Source: Verrucomicrobiota bacterium
GTDB taxonomy: Bacteria; Verrucomicrobiota; Verrucomicrobiia; Limisphaerales; Palsa-1400
Direction of reading: 5' to 3'
Assembly: GCA_049510745.1 (NCBI GenBank)
Contig: JBEKYR010000015.1
Span: forward strand, 42,858-106,857
DNA length: 64,000 nucleotides
Below, piece after piece: positions 28,798 to 38,556 of this stretch (within the stretch, counting starts at the first letter, position 1; each line of letters begins with the position of its first letter). Under the pieces are notes generated by a model. It did no database searches. It was not told the DNA's origin and was given only the letters and a program-made list of their open reading frames with translations. The position numbers and the translations under genes were made by a program.

Positions 28798-29106
28798 TCA
28801 TAATCGCATCGTCGCCAAATCTTCCACGTGCGTCGTTTGGCGGCGGCGGTAAAGGGCCACAATCAGCGCCAGACCGACCGCCACTTCCGAAGCGGCGACG
28901 GTGATGATGAAAAAGACCATGACCTGGCCGTCGAGATTGTTCTTATAACGCGAAAAGGCGACCAGGGCCAGATTGGCCGCATTGAGCATCAACTCCAGCG
29001 ACATATAGATGACCAGCAGATTGCGCCGCACGATCACTCCCAGCAACCCGAGGCAGAACAGCAGCACGCTGACCACCAGGTAATCTTGCAGTCCGACGGG
29101 GCTCAT
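28798..29106 (-). CDS. nuoK: NADH-quinone oxidoreductase subunit K
   Basis: RRN, SLELMLNAANL, GQV..FF...VAASE.AVGLA. Confidence 0.96.
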   Translation of the reverse strand: MSPVGLQDYLVVSVLLFCLGLLGVIVRRNLLVIYMSLELMLNAANLALVAFSRYKNNLDGQVMVFFIITVAASEVAVGLALIVALYRRRQTTHVEDLATMRL

Positions 29107-29606
29107 CGCAGGTCCTTTTTGCTGAGCAACACCGTTCCGATCATCGCCACCAGCAGCAGCAGCGAAACCAGCTCAAACGGCAGGGCGAAATTCTCGAAAA
29201 GGCGCCGCCCCAGCGCCAGGGTCGATCCGTCCGCCAGGGTGTGCTCCAAACTGAAACCCACGCGCGACTGCCGGAGGGTGCGGATCATGACCAGGGCGAT
29301 GACTCCCGCCGCCACGACCCCCAAACCGGCCATGGCCAGCTTGATCCGGCGGCGCTCCTCCTCTTTTAAATCCAGCAGCATGATGACAAACACAAAGAGC
29401 ACCATGACGGCGCCCGCGTACACCAGGATTTGCACCGCCGCCAGAAAGTAGGCGTGGAGGAGCACAAAGAGGCCGGCCATCGAGAAAATAGCCAATAATA
29501 AAAACATCGCGCTCGTCACCGGATTGCGCGTCACCGGGTTGGCGACCACCAGCCCGCCGCACAGCAGCGTCAGCCCGGCAAAGAGGTAAAAGAAAACCTG
29601 TTCCAT
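29103..29606 (-). CDS. nuoJ: NADH-quinone oxidoreductase subunit J
   Basis: NPVTSA, QILVYAGAVMVLFVFVIMLL, PFELVSLLLLVAMIG. Confidence 0.95.
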   Translation of the reverse strand: MEQVFFYLFAGLTLLCGGLVVANPVTRNPVTSAMFLLLAIFSMAGLFVLLHAYFLAAVQILVYAGAVMVLFVFVIMLLDLKEEERRRIKLAMAGLGVVAAGVIALVMIRTLRQSRVGFSLEHTLADGSTLALGRRLFENFALPFELVSLLLLVAMIGTVLLSKKDLR

Positions 29607-30107
29607 CTATTTGTGTTTCCACTTCCAGACCCGGTCCTGGTGGACCCCGCCCATCGCCAGCAGCCGGCTCTTGTCATACACCATTTCCTGCCGGCTCAGT
29701 CCGGTCAGGGAGTAATCTTTCATCAGAAAAATGGCTTCCTCGGGGCAAACTTCCTCGCAAAAGCCGCAGAAGATGCAGCGGAGCATGTCAATTTCAAATT
29801 CGCGCGGCGCCTTCTCCACGTTGCCGGCCGACGGGTCCACGGCCGGGCCGGGCGGGGTGATGCGAATGGCCTTGGGCGGGCAGATGAATTCACAAAGCTG
29901 ACAGGAGACGCATTTGGTGCGCCCGGCGGGGTCCTTCACCAGGTACGGCGCTCCCCGATAGCCCTCCGGCACGGTCCATTTTTCCTCCGGATACTGCAGG
30001 GTCACTTTCTTTTTGAAAAAGTGGCGCAGAGTAACGCGGAAACCTTCCACCACCGCCGGGAGGTAGAGGCGTTCCCAAACGTTTAACTTTGTTCGTTTGA
30101 CAATCAT
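29607..30107 (-). CDS. nuoI: NADH-quinone oxidoreductase subunit I
   Basis: TLQYPEE and two 4Fe-4S motifs, CVSCQLCEFICP and CIFCGFCEEVCP. Confidence 0.96.
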   Translation of the reverse strand: MIVKRTKLNVWERLYLPAVVEGFRVTLRHFFKKKVTLQYPEEKWTVPEGYRGAPYLVKDPAGRTKCVSCQLCEFICPPKAIRITPPGPAVDPSAGNVEKAPREFEIDMLRCIFCGFCEEVCPEEAIFLMKDYSLTGLSRQEMVYDKSRLLAMGGVHQDRVWKWKHK

Positions 30108-30112
30108 GCAAA

Positions 30113-31174
30113 TCAAGCGCCCGGAGCCCTGAGCCAAAGCCAGATGGCGGTCGCCATGATGTTGGCCAGCGCCAGCGGCAGAAACCGCCGCCAGCCCAGG
30201 TCCATCAATTGATCATACCGAAACCGCGGCCACATCCAGCGCACCCAAATAAACAGCCCCATCAAGGCCGCCACCTTCGCCAGGAAAATGGCGATGTGGA
30301 CCAATCCCAGGCCGATCGACCCGGCCGGTTTGTCCAATCCGGCCAGGGGCAGCGTCCAGCCGCCCAAAAACAAGGTCACCATCATGCCCGAGGCCGCAAT
30401 CATGTTGGCGTATTCTCCCATGAAGAAAAGCGCGAATTTCATCGAGCTGTACTCCGTGTTGTAGCCGGCCACCAATTCCTGCTCCGCCTCCGGCAGGTCG
30501 AACGGCAGCCGGTTGGTCTCGGCAAACGCCGCTATCACGAAAATTACGAATGACAACGGGGCGTAGAGGATCAGCCAGCCGTGCTCCGCCTGGTAGCCGA
30601 TCACCTGCCCCAGGTTCAAGTCGCCCACAATCAGGAACACGGGAATGACCGACATCCCCATCGCAATTTCATACGAAATCATTTGCGCGCTGGAGCGGAT
30701 GCCGCCCAGGAAGGGGTACTTGGAGTTGGAAGCGTAGCCGGCCAGCACAATCCCGTACACGCCCAGCGACACAATCCCGAAGGTGTAGAGGATGCCCACG
30801 TTCAGGTCGGCGATGACCATTTTCTCGCCGCCCAATTGCGAGCCGAAAGGAATCACCGCCAGGACCAGCAGCGCCGGGATCATCGTGATCATCGGCGCCA
30901 GCCAAAAGTAGGCCTTGCGGACGTGGGCCGGGGTAAAATCCTCCTTCAGGAACGCTTTGACCCCGTCGGCCACCGGCTGCAGGATGCCGAACGGGCCGAC
31001 GCGGTTGGGTCCGTGGCGGTCCTGGATGCAGGCGGAAACTTTCCGCTCCGCCAGCACCGCATACGCCACCGCCCCCATCACCACCGCGAAAACGCAGACG
31101 ATTTTGATGACGCTGATCGAGGTAAAACAGGCCGCCGCCTGCGTCGCCGGACTTAAACTGTGAAACCAGTTCAT
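30113..31174 (-). CDS. nuoH: NADH-quinone oxidoreductase subunit H
   Basis: ERKV...QDR.GPNRVGP.G.LQPVADG.K, AETNRLPFDLPEAE.ELVAGY.TEYS, PRFRYDQLM. Confidence 0.97.
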   Translation of the reverse strand: MNWFHSLSPATQAAACFTSISVIKIVCVFAVVMGAVAYAVLAERKVSACIQDRHGPNRVGPFGILQPVADGVKAFLKEDFTPAHVRKAYFWLAPMITMIPALLVLAVIPFGSQLGGEKMVIADLNVGILYTFGIVSLGVYGIVLAGYASNSKYPFLGGIRSSAQMISYEIAMGMSVIPVFLIVGDLNLGQVIGYQAEHGWLILYAPLSFVIFVIAAFAETNRLPFDLPEAEQELVAGYNTEYSSMKFALFFMGEYANMIAASGMMVTLFLGGWTLPLAGLDKPAGSIGLGLVHIAIFLAKVAALMGLFIWVRWMWPRFRYDQLMDLGWRRFLPLALANIMATAIWLWLRAPGA

Positions 31175-31192
31175 GAATTTATTCGCAATAAT

Positions 31193-32944
31193 CTAAATGG
31201 GCACCGTCACGCCCAATTCTCCCAGCCCGGCCCAGGTCAAACCGTTGAAGGCCGGCACTTCCGCCGCCATTTGGTTGAAGAGGCCCTCGATGCTGGCCGC
31301 CCCCGGCCGGCCCGTCACGCCCTCCGCCAGTTCGAGCAGAAATTCCCACTCCGCGCGCGCGTTGCCTTTGGGCTGAACGTTCTGCGTGAAGCGCTGCACG
31401 CGCCCTTTGACGTTGACGAAGCTGCCGCGCTTCTCGGCGTGGGCGCATCCGGGCAACAGATAGTGCGCCATTTCGGTCGTTTTGTTGGGCAGGATGTCGC
31501 TCACAATCAACAGATCCAGTTTCCCCAGCAAATTCTCTCCCAGTCCCACTTTGGTCACGTCCTCGCCAAACACAATCAACGTCTTGATGATTTCGTTGGC
31601 GATGTCCGACGCGATTCGCGCCAGGTTGGAGCCTGTCCGCGCGGGGGCGATGCCGATGAGCCTGGCCCCGGTGCTGTTGGGGTTGCGGTCGCCATTGAGG
31701 AGCAACCGGTCGCCCTGGCCCGTCCGCGGAACCGAATCGGTCACGGCTTCGAGCTTGGCGGCAAGCCGTTTGAGCAAATAAAGCTCCTCGTTGGTCTGGC
31801 GCGAGGAGGCGATGATGGCGGTCGAACCGGGGCGCGTTTTGTTGAGAATCTCGATCAGTTCGCCCAGCACGCGGGACCAGGGCCGGCCGGGGTCCGGGTG
31901 GCCGGCCTTTGAGCCTCCGACCTCTGTCAAGCGGTCTTCCCGGTTGATCCACTTGTAATTGAGCCGCCCGTAGTCGCACATCCAGCAGGAGTTGACGGCG
32001 TCGTTTTCGCGCGGCTCATAGCGGTACACCTGATCCTCGCGCGAGCCGATGACGATGTTGCAGCCGGTGCCGCAACTGGTGCAGAGGCTCTTGCTTTCCT
32101 TGAGGAACCAGACCCGCATCTGGAAGCGAAAATCCTTCGAGGTCAGCGCCCCCACCGGGCAAATATCCACCGTGTTGAGGGTGTAATTGTTGTCAAAACT
32201 TTTTCCCGGATACCGCGTCAGCGTGCTGTGGCTGCCCCGATCGGCAAACCCCAGCGCGTCGTCGCCCGCGATGTCCCGCGAAAACCGGATGCAGCGCGAG
32301 CAGAGGATGCACCGCTCGTCGTCCAGCATGACGCGCGGTCCGAGGTCCACCTGCTTGGGCTTGTGAACTTTCTCCTCCACAAAACGGCTGGCGGACAGCC
32401 CGTAGTCCACGGAGTACTCCTGCAACTTGCATTCCCCCGCCTGGTCGCAAATCGGGCAATCCAGCGGATGGTTGATGAGAAGCGATTCCAGCACCGCCTC
32501 CCGCATCTGTTTGGTCGCCGGCGAACCGGGGTAAATCTCCATGCCGGGGGAAATCGGCGTCGCGCAGGCGATGGCCCCGCGCGGCGTGCCCGGTTCATAG
32601 GGGAGGACGGAGCGGGCGATTTTGGGCGTGCCGTCCGGATTGAGCACCGGCTTGCGATCCGGCCCGGCGACGGGCGTGCCGAACTCGACCAGGCACATGC
32701 GGCAATTGCCGGCGACGGGCAGCTTGGGATGATAACAATAATGCGGCACTTCGACGCCGGCCGCGGCGCAGGCCTGGAGCATGGTGGTGGGCTGCAATTT
32801 GCCCTGCCAATCCGGCATCGCCTTTGGCACTTCGATCTCGCGCCCGTCCACCTTGACCTTGATCTTCTCCACCGGCGGCGGCGCGGGTTTGGGTTCGGCT
32901 GTCTTCTCGTTCGACATATTCAGGTGAAGGACGGCTGTGCTCAT
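31193..32944 (-). CDS. nuoG: NADH-quinone oxidoreductase subunit G
   Basis: PHYCYHPKL..AGNCRMCLVE, NHPLDCPICDQAGEC.LQ, RCILCSRCIRF, DICPVGAL, CTSCGTGC. Start is 32944 or 32917. Confidence 0.95.
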   Translation of the reverse strand: MSTAVLHLNMSNEKTAEPKPAPPPVEKIKVKVDGREIEVPKAMPDWQGKLQPTTMLQACAAAGVEVPHYCYHPKLPVAGNCRMCLVEFGTPVAGPDRKPVLNPDGTPKIARSVLPYEPGTPRGAIACATPISPGMEIYPGSPATKQMREAVLESLLINHPLDCPICDQAGECKLQEYSVDYGLSASRFVEEKVHKPKQVDLGPRVMLDDERCILCSRCIRFSRDIAGDDALGFADRGSHSTLTRYPGKSFDNNYTLNTVDICPVGALTSKDFRFQMRVWFLKESKSLCTSCGTGCNIVIGSREDQVYRYEPRENDAVNSCWMCDYGRLNYKWINREDRLTEVGGSKAGHPDPGRPWSRVLGELIEILNKTRPGSTAIIASSRQTNEELYLLKRLAAKLEAVTDSVPRTGQGDRLLLNGDRNPNSTGARLIGIAPARTGSNLARIASDIANEIIKTLIVFGEDVTKVGLGENLLGKLDLLIVSDILPNKTTEMAHYLLPGCAHAEKRGSFVNVKGRVQRFTQNVQPKGNARAEWEFLLELAEGVTGRPGAASIEGLFNQMAAEVPAFNGLTWAGLGELGVTVPI

Positions 32945-34362
32945 GGGCTGGCGGCGAGTTTCATTCCTTGCGACGGCCCCGCTCCGGCGTTTTTCGCCTC
33001 GTCGGCCGCGCCGCGCGCTTCAAATTCGTCCCGGAATTTGTTGACAAAGCTCAAGACCGGCCAGGCGCAGGCCTCGCCGAAGGCGCAAATCGTCCGGCCT
33101 TGAATGTTTTGCGCGATGTTCAGCACATAATCGGCGTCCTGTTTGCGGCCCTGCCCGCCGCAAAGGCGGCGCAGCGCCTTGGCCAGCCACAACGAGCCTT
33201 CGCGGCACGGCGTGCATTGGCCGCAGCTTTCATGCGCGTAGAAATCCGCGATGTTGGCCAGCGCCGCCACCATGTCCGTCGTGTCGTCCATGACGATGAT
33301 CGCCCCCGAGCCGGACATGCTGCCGGCTTGCTGCAGCGAGTCGAAATCGTAGGGCAGGTCCAGCAGATCGACCTCGACCGTGCTCATCTGGCCGTCCGCC
33401 CCTTTGCGTTTCATTTTGAACTTCTCGCCCGCTTTGAACACTTTGGCCGAGGAACCGCCGGGGATGACCGCCTTCAACTTCCGCCCCTCCCGCAGGCCGC
33501 CGCCGAAGTTCGGGTCGAAGATCATTTCCCCCAGCGTCACCTTGCCCACCTCCACCTCGTAATACCCCGGTTTCCTGACGTGGCCGCTGACGCTGACGAT
33601 GCGGGTGCCGGTGTTGTTGGGGGCGCCGAGTTTGGCGTACTCGGACCCGCCCATCTGGATAATATGTTTGACCGCCGCCAGCGTCTCCACGTTGTTGACA
33701 ATGGTCGGGCACATGTAAAGGCCCAGCACCGCCGGGAAATAGGGCGGCTTGATCCGCGGGTAGGCCCGCTTGCCCTCCAGCGACTCGATCAACCCCGTTT
33801 CCTCGCCGCAGATATACGCGCCGGCGCCGCGATGCACGTGGATTTCCAGATCGTAGCCGCTGCCCGATATATTCTTCCCCAGTAAATTCTTCGCGCGCGC
33901 CTCGGCCAGCGCCCGGTTCAGCAGCCGCGCTCCGTCCGGCATTTCGCCCCGGATGTAAATGTAAGCCAGGTGAACGTCGTTGGCGTAGCAGGAGAGGATC
34001 ATCCCTTCGATCAACTGATGCGGGTCCTTGTAGAGAATCTGGCGGTCCTTGAACGTGCCCGGCTCGGATTCGTCCGCGTTGCAAATCAGATAGATCGGCT
34101 TGCCGCTCTGGCGATCGACAAACGACCACTTCAGCCCGCACGAAAAACCCGCGCCGCCCCGGCCGCGCAGGCCGGAGATTTTCACCTCCTCGCGCAGTTG
34201 TTCCTGCGGGGAAAGTTTTTTGCCGCCCGGCAGGTCTTTGGGCGGCAGGGCCAGGGCCTTTTTCAGGACCTCGTAGCCGCCGTGGCGCCGATAGCACTCC
34301 AGGTCCGGCGTGTAACCGGGCCGGTCAACGTTCTTTAAAATGAGCCGATATTCTTGCGGCAT
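32941..34362 (-). CDS. nuoF: NADH-quinone oxidoreductase subunit F
   Basis: SGLRGRGGAGF, CNADESEPGTFKDR, GAGAYICGEETGL, ESCGQCTPCREG. Confidence 0.97.
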   Translation of the reverse strand: MPQEYRLILKNVDRPGYTPDLECYRRHGGYEVLKKALALPPKDLPGGKKLSPQEQLREEVKISGLRGRGGAGFSCGLKWSFVDRQSGKPIYLICNADESEPGTFKDRQILYKDPHQLIEGMILSCYANDVHLAYIYIRGEMPDGARLLNRALAEARAKNLLGKNISGSGYDLEIHVHRGAGAYICGEETGLIESLEGKRAYPRIKPPYFPAVLGLYMCPTIVNNVETLAAVKHIIQMGGSEYAKLGAPNNTGTRIVSVSGHVRKPGYYEVEVGKVTLGEMIFDPNFGGGLREGRKLKAVIPGGSSAKVFKAGEKFKMKRKGADGQMSTVEVDLLDLPYDFDSLQQAGSMSGSGAIIVMDDTTDMVAALANIADFYAHESCGQCTPCREGSLWLAKALRRLCGGQGRKQDADYVLNIAQNIQGRTICAFGEACAWPVLSFVNKFRDEFEARGAADEAKNAGAGPSQGMKLAASP

Positions 34363-34365
34363 ATC

Positions 34366-34393
34366 TTGACGCCACCGTCAATTTCGCTACATT
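34366..34393 (+). promoter_or_regulatory. Putative sigma-70 promoter of tRNA-Gln
   Basis: TTGACG (34366-71), a 16-bp spacer, then TACATT (34388-93), 15 bp before the tRNA. The -35 element is one arm of the palindrome TTGACG-CCAC-CGTCAA. Confidence 0.6.
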
Positions 34394-34408
34394 CTCAGTC
34401 TGTGCGCC

Positions 34409-34482
34409 TGCCCGATGGTGTAACGGTAGCACAGCAGACTCTGGATCTGTTTGTCATGGTTCAAATCCATGTCGGGCAGCCA
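34409..34482 (+). tRNA. tRNA-Gln (anticodon CTG)
   Basis: Acceptor stem TGCCCGA/TCGGGCA, anticodon arm GCAGA-CTCTGGA-TCTGT, T arm CATGG-TTCAAAT-CCATG, encoded CCA. Confidence 0.96.
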
Positions 34483-34484
34483 AT

Positions 34485-35228
34485 TCATTTGGATCCTTTC
34501 TTCGTCACACTTTTAGGGATTTGGCGAACGTAAGCGGCGCGTATCGCCGCCAGCAAACAAGATCCCTTCACCTGGAATCTCTCAAATTCTGAAATATTGT
34601 CTTGCTTCAAATGAAGCTGGCCTTCGCCGACATTTCCACGATGTTGTCCGCGCGAATAGTACTTATTCGATTCAACTTCGTTGGAACTCAAAACCCAATG
34701 ACGAATGACATCTCGCCAAACCCCAATCCACACAAAAACGTCGCAGCAGCCGCATTTGACCTGCTGAAAATTCATATCGAACGATTTTCCTGAATCGGAT
34801 GAAAGCGCTTTCACATACAAGGGTTCGTCCGTGTCGAAATCCACGGCGCGCGACGCTTTGACTTCAATCCGAATCTGCCCATCCAGAAGAAAATCGTATT
34901 CCCCGGAATATCCAGGGTCGAGTTTCTTGGAAGGTTTGACAAGATCGGGAACCAATTCCTTCAAATGTCCCTGCGCCCAAGCCTCGCCAAAAGTTCGCGG
35001 ACCACTGATTTCAAAAATATAAAGATATAGGTTTCGGGCGATGTACTCGTCTCGGATTTCGTAGTAGCCATCAAGCGACAGAACTCCCTGGCCGAGCAAA
35101 ATCGAAATCACATATTCAAAACGGTTGAATGGATAAACGGACAAAAGCGTGGGGAGCCGGTCTCTCAGATCCTTTTCGTCTTTCAAATGCGAGAGCAGTT
35201 CGTCGAGTTTCTGTTGCAGTTTTTGCAT
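34485..35228 (-). CDS. Putative type II restriction endonuclease, PD-(D/E)xK fold
   Basis: G..WA..HL...GEYDFLLDGQIRIEVKASR, MNFQQVK..CCDVF. Translationally coupled (TAATG) to the MTase gene. AT-richer than nuo. Confidence 0.75.
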   Translation of the reverse strand: MQKLQQKLDELLSHLKDEKDLRDRLPTLLSVYPFNRFEYVISILLGQGVLSLDGYYEIRDEYIARNLYLYIFEISGPRTFGEAWAQGHLKELVPDLVKPSKKLDPGYSGEYDFLLDGQIRIEVKASRAVDFDTDEPLYVKALSSDSGKSFDMNFQQVKCGCCDVFVWIGVWRDVIRHWVLSSNEVESNKYYSRGQHRGNVGEGQLHLKQDNISEFERFQVKGSCLLAAIRAAYVRQIPKSVTKKGSK

Positions 35229-36229
35229 TACAAAAAGCTTGGCTGTAATTCTGTTTCGATTTGTCCGGCGGCTTTTTCCGGTGTTTCCAAAAGTTCCGGC
35301 AATGATATCTCTTCCTCAAAAGGATGGCCGTTTTGCCAGCCGAGTCGTCGCGTTTTTCGGAAACGTTCCAGCCGGCGGATGGTAATCTCGCAGAAGATCG
35401 GGTCCAAATCCGCGGTGAAACAGCGCCGCCCGTTTATTTCAGCCGCCAGCAGCGTGGTGCCCGAGTGAGCGAAAAAGTCAATCACCAGGCTGTTCCTGGG
35501 CGAACTGGCTTTGATAATGCGCTCAACGCACTTGATCGGTTTTTGAGCATAACAGCCCGACACGTTTTCCTCCATTCGGTAAAAAACTTGCTGAATGTCC
35601 ACCCACACGTTGCCCGCGCGAATGTTGTCTGATTTGCTTCGCTCAAAATTCTCCGTTGTTTTGCCGCCGACCTCCTTGTAATAACCGCGCAAAATCTTCG
35701 GAATGTCGGTATATTCGGCCTCAATGTTAAAATCCGGCTCCCCCTTGATGTAGTAAAGAAGCTCCTGGCGCACCGCCATCCAGTTCTTTTGTGTTCCGAA
35801 GCCGCGTTGATTTCGCATCGTGATGAAGCTGCGCGGGCGCAGTTCAGTCTGCCGCATCATCAACATGAAATCCGGCAATGGCTGAAATCCATTGCGCTGA
35901 TCCGCCCCCAGCCAAACGTAAAATGAGCTGTCCGGTTGGAGAACCACAATTGTATTGTTGACCCATTGTCTGCACCAGCGAACATACTCTCCGATCTCGC
36001 GTTCTTCAAAAGCGACCAGGTTGTAAGGCGGATCGTGGATGGCCAGATCGGCCCGCTCACCGTCTGTTAATTCCAACATTGCACTGGTATTTGCCGCATC
36101 CAGGCAGCCAACCTTGTGCCGGCCTTGAGCGTCAACCCAAATCTCACCGGGCTTCAAGCGGCAAAAGGGCAAAACCTTCTGCCGAAGCTCTTCGCAATTG
36201 TCCAGTCGCGGCAAGGGGTTATTCTTCAT
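35228..36229 (-). CDS. Site-specific N6-adenine/N4-cytosine DNA methyltransferase (beta class)
   Basis: Catalytic DPPY precedes QKP...ERII..SS and the SAM-binding DFFAHSGTT motif. Confidence 0.92.
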   Translation of the reverse strand: MKNNPLPRLDNCEELRQKVLPFCRLKPGEIWVDAQGRHKVGCLDAANTSAMLELTDGERADLAIHDPPYNLVAFEEREIGEYVRWCRQWVNNTIVVLQPDSSFYVWLGADQRNGFQPLPDFMLMMRQTELRPRSFITMRNQRGFGTQKNWMAVRQELLYYIKGEPDFNIEAEYTDIPKILRGYYKEVGGKTTENFERSKSDNIRAGNVWVDIQQVFYRMEENVSGCYAQKPIKCVERIIKASSPRNSLVIDFFAHSGTTLLAAEINGRRCFTADLDPIFCEITIRRLERFRKTRRLGWQNGHPFEEEISLPELLETPEKAAGQIETELQPSFL

Positions 36230-36232
36230 CGC

Positions 36233-36724
36233 TCATTTGTGCGTTGCCAATAGTTCATCCGCTTTTTGGATCGAAACGCCTTCATAAAACTCCTCGTTGA
36301 CCATCACCACCGGCGCCGTCCCGCAACTGGCCAGGCATTCGACAAACTCGACCGTGTATTTGCCGTCCGGGGTGGTTTGCGGGCCGTGTTTCGACGCGTC
36401 CAGCCCCAGTTTCTTGCAAAAATATTCGCGCAATTGATGGCTCCCGCCCAGCGCGCAACTGAGGGTCCGGCAGATTTTGATCTGGTATTTGCCGGTCTTT
36501 TCCTTCTCCTGCCGGAACATCGGGTAGAAGGTCACCAATTCGTAAATGTTGATGGGCTGCACCTCCAGTTTCCGCGCCGTCCACTCCACCGCTTCCGCCG
36601 GGATGCAGCCGAACCGCTCCTGAATCGCGTGCAAAAACATGAGCGACGCGCTCCGCTTTTGCGGGTAATGCGACGTCAATTCGTCCAGTTCCGCCTCCAG
36701 TTCCTTGGAAACGCTAAAGCTCAT
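36233..36724 (-). CDS. nuoE: NADH-quinone oxidoreductase subunit E
   Basis: YP.KRSA, TFYPMF, CRTLSC...G, VECLASCGTAP. Confidence 0.96.
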   Translation of the reverse strand: MSFSVSKELEAELDELTSHYPQKRSASLMFLHAIQERFGCIPAEAVEWTARKLEVQPINIYELVTFYPMFRQEKEKTGKYQIKICRTLSCALGGSHQLREYFCKKLGLDASKHGPQTTPDGKYTVEFVECLASCGTAPVVMVNEEFYEGVSIQKADELLATHK

Positions 36725-38037
36725 CGGTCACACTCTCCCATCACAAAATCCAGCGAGCCGAAGATCGCCACCGTGTCGCTCACCATGTGGCCTGGCATTA
36801 AATGCGGCAGGATGCTCAGGTTGGCGAACGACGGCGACCGGATTTTCATGCGGTGCGGCGTCCCTCCGCCTTTGCTGTGAATGTAAAAACCCAGCTCCCC
36901 CTTTGGATTCTCCGCGCTGAAATAAATCTCCCCCGGCGGCGCGTTGACTCCTTCGGTGACGAGGATGAATTGGTGGATCAACTCCTCCATGCTCGTCAGC
37001 ACCTTGAATTTGGAAGGCAGCACGATCTTGCCGTCGGCGATGTGGATCGGCTCCTTGGCCTGGTTGTCCGCTCCGCCGGGGATTTTGTCCAGGCATTGCC
37101 GCAACAAGCGCACGCTCTGCCGCATTTCCTCGATCCGCACCAGGTAACGGTCATAACAATCGCCCGCCGATCCGACCGGGACCTCAAATTCCAACTGGTC
37201 ATAGACCAAGTAGGGACGGGCCTTGCGCAGATCAAAATCGAGCCCGCTGCCGCGCAGGTTCGGGCCGCTCAGGCCGTAGTCAATCGCCGCTTCGCGCGAA
37301 ATCACGCCCACGTCCCGCGTGCGATCCATGAAAATTTTATTGCGCGTGAGCAGTTTCTCCGTCTCGTCGATGTTGACGACCACTTCCTCGAGGAACTGGC
37401 GGCATTGCCCGGCCCACCCTGGCGGCAAATCCCGCGACAACCCGCCGATGCGCGTGTAAGTGGTGGTAAAGCGGGCCCCGGTCAGTGCCTCGATCAAGTT
37501 GTAAATTTTTTCGCGTTCGGTGAACGTGAACAGGAAAACCGTCAGCGCCCCCACGTCCATGGCGAACGACCCCAGCCCGAGCAAATGCGCCGAGACCCGC
37601 GCCAATTCGCAGCAGATCACCCGAATGTACTGACAGCGCGGCGGCAGGGCCTTGTCCACGCCGAGCAACCTCTCCACCGCCAGCGCGTAGGCGACGTTGT
37701 TGGCCAGCGGCGCCAGGTAATCCAGCCGATCCGTGTAAGGAATGAACTGGTTGTACGTCATGTTCTCGGCGATCTTCTCGTCGCCCCGATGCAGGTAGCC
37801 GATGTCCGGCGTCGCCTTGGTGATGATTTCGCCGTCCAATTCCAGCACCAGCCGAAGCACGCCGTGCGTGGCCGGATGCGACGGCCCCATGTTCAGGATC
37901 ATCTTCTCGCCGTGAATGTCCGGCAATTCATCCGTGTCCGCCGCGGGCGCGGGTTGCGGTGGGGTGAGGTTGGCCTGCGCCGCCGCCGCGCGCGCCGCCG
38001 CGTCTCCAACCTGCATCTCGTGTGTCGTCGTGGCCAT
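36721..38037 (-). CDS. nuoD: NADH-quinone oxidoreductase subunit D
   Basis: LNMGPSHPATHGVLRL, GYLHRG.EK, DRLDY, ENPKGELG, D.VMGECDR. Confidence 0.97.
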   Translation of the reverse strand: MATTTHEMQVGDAAARAAAAQANLTPPQPAPAADTDELPDIHGEKMILNMGPSHPATHGVLRLVLELDGEIITKATPDIGYLHRGDEKIAENMTYNQFIPYTDRLDYLAPLANNVAYALAVERLLGVDKALPPRCQYIRVICCELARVSAHLLGLGSFAMDVGALTVFLFTFTEREKIYNLIEALTGARFTTTYTRIGGLSRDLPPGWAGQCRQFLEEVVVNIDETEKLLTRNKIFMDRTRDVGVISREAAIDYGLSGPNLRGSGLDFDLRKARPYLVYDQLEFEVPVGSAGDCYDRYLVRIEEMRQSVRLLRQCLDKIPGGADNQAKEPIHIADGKIVLPSKFKVLTSMEELIHQFILVTEGVNAPPGEIYFSAENPKGELGFYIHSKGGGTPHRMKIRSPSFANLSILPHLMPGHMVSDTVAIFGSLDFVMGECDR

Positions 38038-38040
38038 GTT

Positions 38041-38556
38041 CTACGAGCGTGTCCTCTTCTTTTTCGGCCCTCTTTGGGTCACTTCCCCTTCACCGGCGAT
38101 GGGCGGCGGGCCGCCTTGGCCCTGGATAATGGCCCCCGTCCACGGTGGATATTGGTCTTTGTCCGGTGGAACAGGGCCGGGAACGATTACTTTGGCAACC
38201 GGCTGCGGACCGCTATCGACCAGTCTCTTGCCGTGCGCGTCGATCCACAAACGCAGCCCTTCGAGCGCGCGCGCTCCCAACAAGATAAGATCACCCGGCT
38301 CCGCAAAAACGACCTCGTCCACCGTCTCCGAATCGCTGACTCGAATCATCGCGTATCCGACGTCCCGATAAACCTGCTGCCCGTTGGCCATTGTAAAAGT
38401 CTGCCGCTTCTCCGGCTTGACCTCAATTTGATCCAACTGCCGGCGCGCAATCCACGTCGCCTCGCTGCCCGTATCCACCATCAAACGCGGGATTTTCACC
38501 GCTTTCTCGCGGTCAACATGATTCTTGAGCAAACAGCCGACGGTGAATGATCCCAT
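38041..38556 (-). CDS. Clan AA (retropepsin-like) aspartyl protease
   Basis: MGSF.V..., LMVDTGS, F..ANG, ILLGARALEGL, with a Pro/Gly-rich C-terminal tail. ATG overlaps the nuoC stop. Confidence 0.8.
   Translation of the reverse strand: MGSFTVGCLLKNHVDREKAVKIPRLMVDTGSEATWIARRQLDQIEVKPEKRQTFTMANGQQVYRDVGYAMIRVSDSETVDEVVFAEPGDLILLGARALEGLRLWIDAHGKRLVDSGPQPVAKVIVPGPVPPDKDQYPPWTGAIIQGQGGPPPIAGEGEVTQRGPKKKRTRS

Noticed and set aside
26461..28803. Long antisense ORFs (also 8247-9866, 10012-11802, 20782-22698, 36802-38550, 47432-49930, 49952-52054)
   Set aside because: These are shadow frames opposite well-supported genes in GC-rich DNA, with no recognisable motifs.
34409..36233. tRNA-targeted integrative element or prophage
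   Set aside because: No integrase, and no duplicated tRNA 3' end is seen at the nuoE side.
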